Shown here piece after piece: positions 62,401-64,000 of a stretch of DNA of 64,000 bases (position 1 is its first letter; every line of letters starts with the position of its first letter). This DNA is from a virus, in the IMG/VR virus record IMGVR_UViG_3300020057_000027, positions 64,001 to 128,000 of that record; one strand, 5' to 3'. The notes beneath the pieces were generated by a model, which was not told where the DNA came from, searched no databases, and was given only the letters and a program-made list of their open reading frames with translations. The translations under genes were made by a program, and so were the position numbers.

Positions 62401-64000
62401 CCTCAAGCTCCAGATGAACCAGAAACAGGAATGGTAATCTATGCTTTAGATTTTGCTCCATATACTGCTTTGCCGGCTTCGGTATTTCCTAGATTCCGAG
62501 ATAATAAGCGTTATACAATGCGCGATATTGGTAAACTTGAAAAGAGAATTTCTAATCTCGAATACTATACTACTCTTTCTTTACTTGAAGTAAATACAAA
62601 AGATCTTAAGATCACTGATGCTCAAGGTAATGATAAATTTAAGAATGGTTTCTTAGTTGATAACTTCGGAACATTCAATGGCGATTTAGGTAGTGCTGAC
62701 TATAAAGCTGCCGTTGATCGTACTGCTGGCACAGCTAGACCTATTATAGTTCAACAAAATGCTGGACTATTTGAAAAGGTATTACTAGAGCCAAATACTA
62801 TTCAACAAAATGCACTAAGAGTAGCTGCCAGATATCAAAAGACTGGAGATATATACACTCTTCCTTACACTCCAAATAAACTACTTGAACAAAAGAAAGC
62901 AAGTAAAGTAGCTAATGTAAATCCTTATGCTGTATTCACATTTGTTGGAGCAGTAGATATTACTCCTTGGTCTGATGAATGGAGAGAAACTAAAACTGTT
63001 GAACCATTAAATGTTGTTGATTCCGGTGCGTATGAAGCTGCACAGAAATCATTCGGACCGACAGGCACAACTATTGATTATACTTCTACTACACAGCAAT
63101 GGACTGGTAGCAAAACAGAATCAACTAAGATTGGAGAAGTTATTAAGGTTGGTGGTCATGAATTCTTTGATGATCTTCCTAAGAAAGAAAAAAAGAAACT
63201 TAAGAATCAAATAAAGAAAGGCAAAGGTAAAGTTGTTATTCCAGAAGGTTATGTAAATTCTGGTGAAGAAGTTCCTGCTGGCCGTAGCACAGAAATTGCT
63301 GATAAGTTTAGAACTACAACAACTATTACTGGCGAACAAATCACACAAACTTTCACTTCAACTTTTGTCGATCAAGGTTTCTCAAATCCAGTTTCATTTG
63401 GTTCGAGAATTATTGAAACTGCAATGGCAGAGTTTATGCGCGAGCGAGAAATAGTTTTCAGTGCCAAAGCTTTTATGCCATTTGCTAGATTGTATCCTTT
63501 CTTTGATGATGTTGATGTTGCTGAAGACTGTAAGCCAGATGGTGGAGCTTATGGTAACGATCTTATATGCGACAGTAAAGGAAGACTTAAAGGTACTTAC
63601 AAAATTCCTAATAGAGAAGGAAAGAAATTCAAAGTTGGTGATCGTATATTCCGACTAACTACCTCTCCAAACAATCAAAAGAATCCACCTCCTGCTTCTG
63701 CTGGTGAAGGTAAATATACTGCACGTGGATGGATTGATGTTCAACAAGAAACAACCTATTCAACAAGATTGTTTACTGTTGACCGAGGCAGCACAACAAG
63801 CTCAAGTGATATTTCTTTACAAACTTCTGAAACATTCTCAGAAGGTAAAGCGTGTCCAAGAGATCCTATAGCACAGAGTTTCTTCATTTACGAAAATGGC
63901 GGATGTTTTATCACGGCCGTAGATGTTTTCTTTTATAAGAAGCCAACAGGAAGTTCTCAACCTTCAATTACATTACAGATTAGACCTTTAGATGAAGGTG
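59494..64000 (+). CDS. Large virion structural protein (VrlC/DUF4815-like), 3' truncated
   Basis: PYFDDY, LFRPGRAVQARELTQIQ, APGADR, RRTNDESGDY, KRYTMRDIG.LEKRI, FKNGFLVDNF, DPIAQSF; runs off the window end. Confidence 0.88.
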   Translation, partial: MTKIDLNQSPYFDDYNENKKFYKILFRPGRAVQARELTQIQTALQKQVERMGRHIFEQGSQVLPGSKEGVRYINNNGFIKIPRTSYANTLTELNTYWLGKEIISASGVRAKVIGVREADTINEARLYLNYLNASTSGLVTSFVLGEIIQTDEIVPITTTIPATQYSIGLISSVIVEEGVYFFDGNFILVDQQTVFITPPDTEDQATWNNQPTALVGLKITESVITSDDDETLLDNALGSPNYAAPGADRLHISADLIQAALNTDDSDFISLLRVVDGVVQARVIRTEYSVLEDTLARRTNDESGDYSVVPFQIQIRDFLRNNINNGIHNEKEFHFDTQLEAQKISISTFGLAEPGNAVLHPDFISVWVPGTSYNTAGDASSFIQLCDDRLSIKVDPGKAYVKGYEIEKLSTTIIDVVKARTLRYRNNKTISTPLGTFLYVKKMYGALTLETYDTVELYDRPIVTGGASSGNKIGTARVLAVEFFSGVNGSVDGVYRLFVFDMKADPGKSLRQLKSIYSPNPTFTCDCVTQNFRLTGSVAKLPNQLIGTGTSWKNDELQRLQAGDFVQVSQGPTATIYRLLSTPSNDNVLDVTPNPAGALWPEGSTIDYSFVSPETNSQNSGLLFRLPDDVVYTLHGGSQGFVDTSLAGIDTVYTSRRVVGNGVVPVSDELQFTLSDPNEEFEDFNTSGYAVINLGGLSGDWLELIPYVAGNPSAGKCEVQALGAQVTFHLNNTDTLSAGLNGFYVITPVIHSGNFASKERSKTLVKGSFPLGVYSGESVVSAGSDVSEISLGRADVLRITRVVESQNYTSVPSDLEVLPPTDRDITGLYILDDGQRDYFYDIAKVVLRPGVTRPRGRVRVEFDYFQHGTSGNYFCVDSYPFRGPGKQMDYEEIGIYVSADGTEYDLASAVDFRPRVIEPGGIGSGFATTLELPKENFRCDYHFYEGRIDKLFLDKSSKFLIKSGTPDVKPQAPDEPETGMVIYALDFAPYTALPASVFPRFRDNKRYTMRDIGKLEKRISNLEYYTTLSLLEVNTKDLKITDAQGNDKFKNGFLVDNFGTFNGDLGSADYKAAVDRTAGTARPIIVQQNAGLFEKVLLEPNTIQQNALRVAARYQKTGDIYTLPYTPNKLLEQKKASKVANVNPYAVFTFVGAVDITPWSDEWRETKTVEPLNVVDSGAYEAAQKSFGPTGTTIDYTSTTQQWTGSKTESTKIGEVIKVGGHEFFDDLPKKEKKKLKNQIKKGKGKVVIPEGYVNSGEEVPAGRSTEIADKFRTTTTITGEQITQTFTSTFVDQGFSNPVSFGSRIIETAMAEFMREREIVFSAKAFMPFARLYPFFDDVDVAEDCKPDGGAYGNDLICDSKGRLKGTYKIPNREGKKFKVGDRIFRLTTSPNNQKNPPPASAGEGKYTARGWIDVQQETTYSTRLFTVDRGSTTSSSDISLQTSETFSEGKACPRDPIAQSFFIYENGGCFITAVDVFFYKKPTGSSQPSITLQIRPLDEG

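Noticed and set aside
63011-63658. Short ORFs near the window end
   Set aside because: Alternate frames within the large structural gene that starts at 59494
1-64000. Stop-codon reassignment
   Set aside because: Core genes read intact in the standard code, TAA/TAG/TGA all end plausible genes, and no suppressor tRNA was seen

Overview
AT-rich fragment of a large T4-like (myovirus-type) phage genome; host unknown. 1-6.7 kb: DNA and nucleotide metabolism genes (RNase H, DenV-like glycosylase, PhoH, DUF5664 diphosphohydrolase). 6.7-12.1 kb: an RNA-gene island with a tmRNA, 12 tRNAs, a type I hammerhead ribozyme inside a larger structured RNA, other apparent ncRNAs, and two ORFs with T4-style capsid-targeting leaders (one a nucleotidyltransferase). 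12.0-14.2 kb: a methyltransferase plus putative nuclease module flanked by a 22-bp duplication of the tRNA-Ser 3' end. 14.5-18 kb: ligase, gp33, gp59, gp32. 18-26.4 kb: tail/baseplate genes, including a tape-measure-like protein with a GH19 domain and gp26 with an apparent -1 frameshift extension. 26.4-50.8 kb: about 24 kb of small early/accessory ORFs with repeated sigma70-type promoters and palindromic operator-like sites, a T3-like SAM lyase, an AAA ATPase, an HTH protein and a tRNA-like RNA. 50.9-64 kb: gp5, gp25, gp6, gp7, gp8 and a truncated VrlC/DUF4815-like protein. All protein calls come from motif recognition and gene order, and RNA structures were paired by eye; no searches or folding programs were run.
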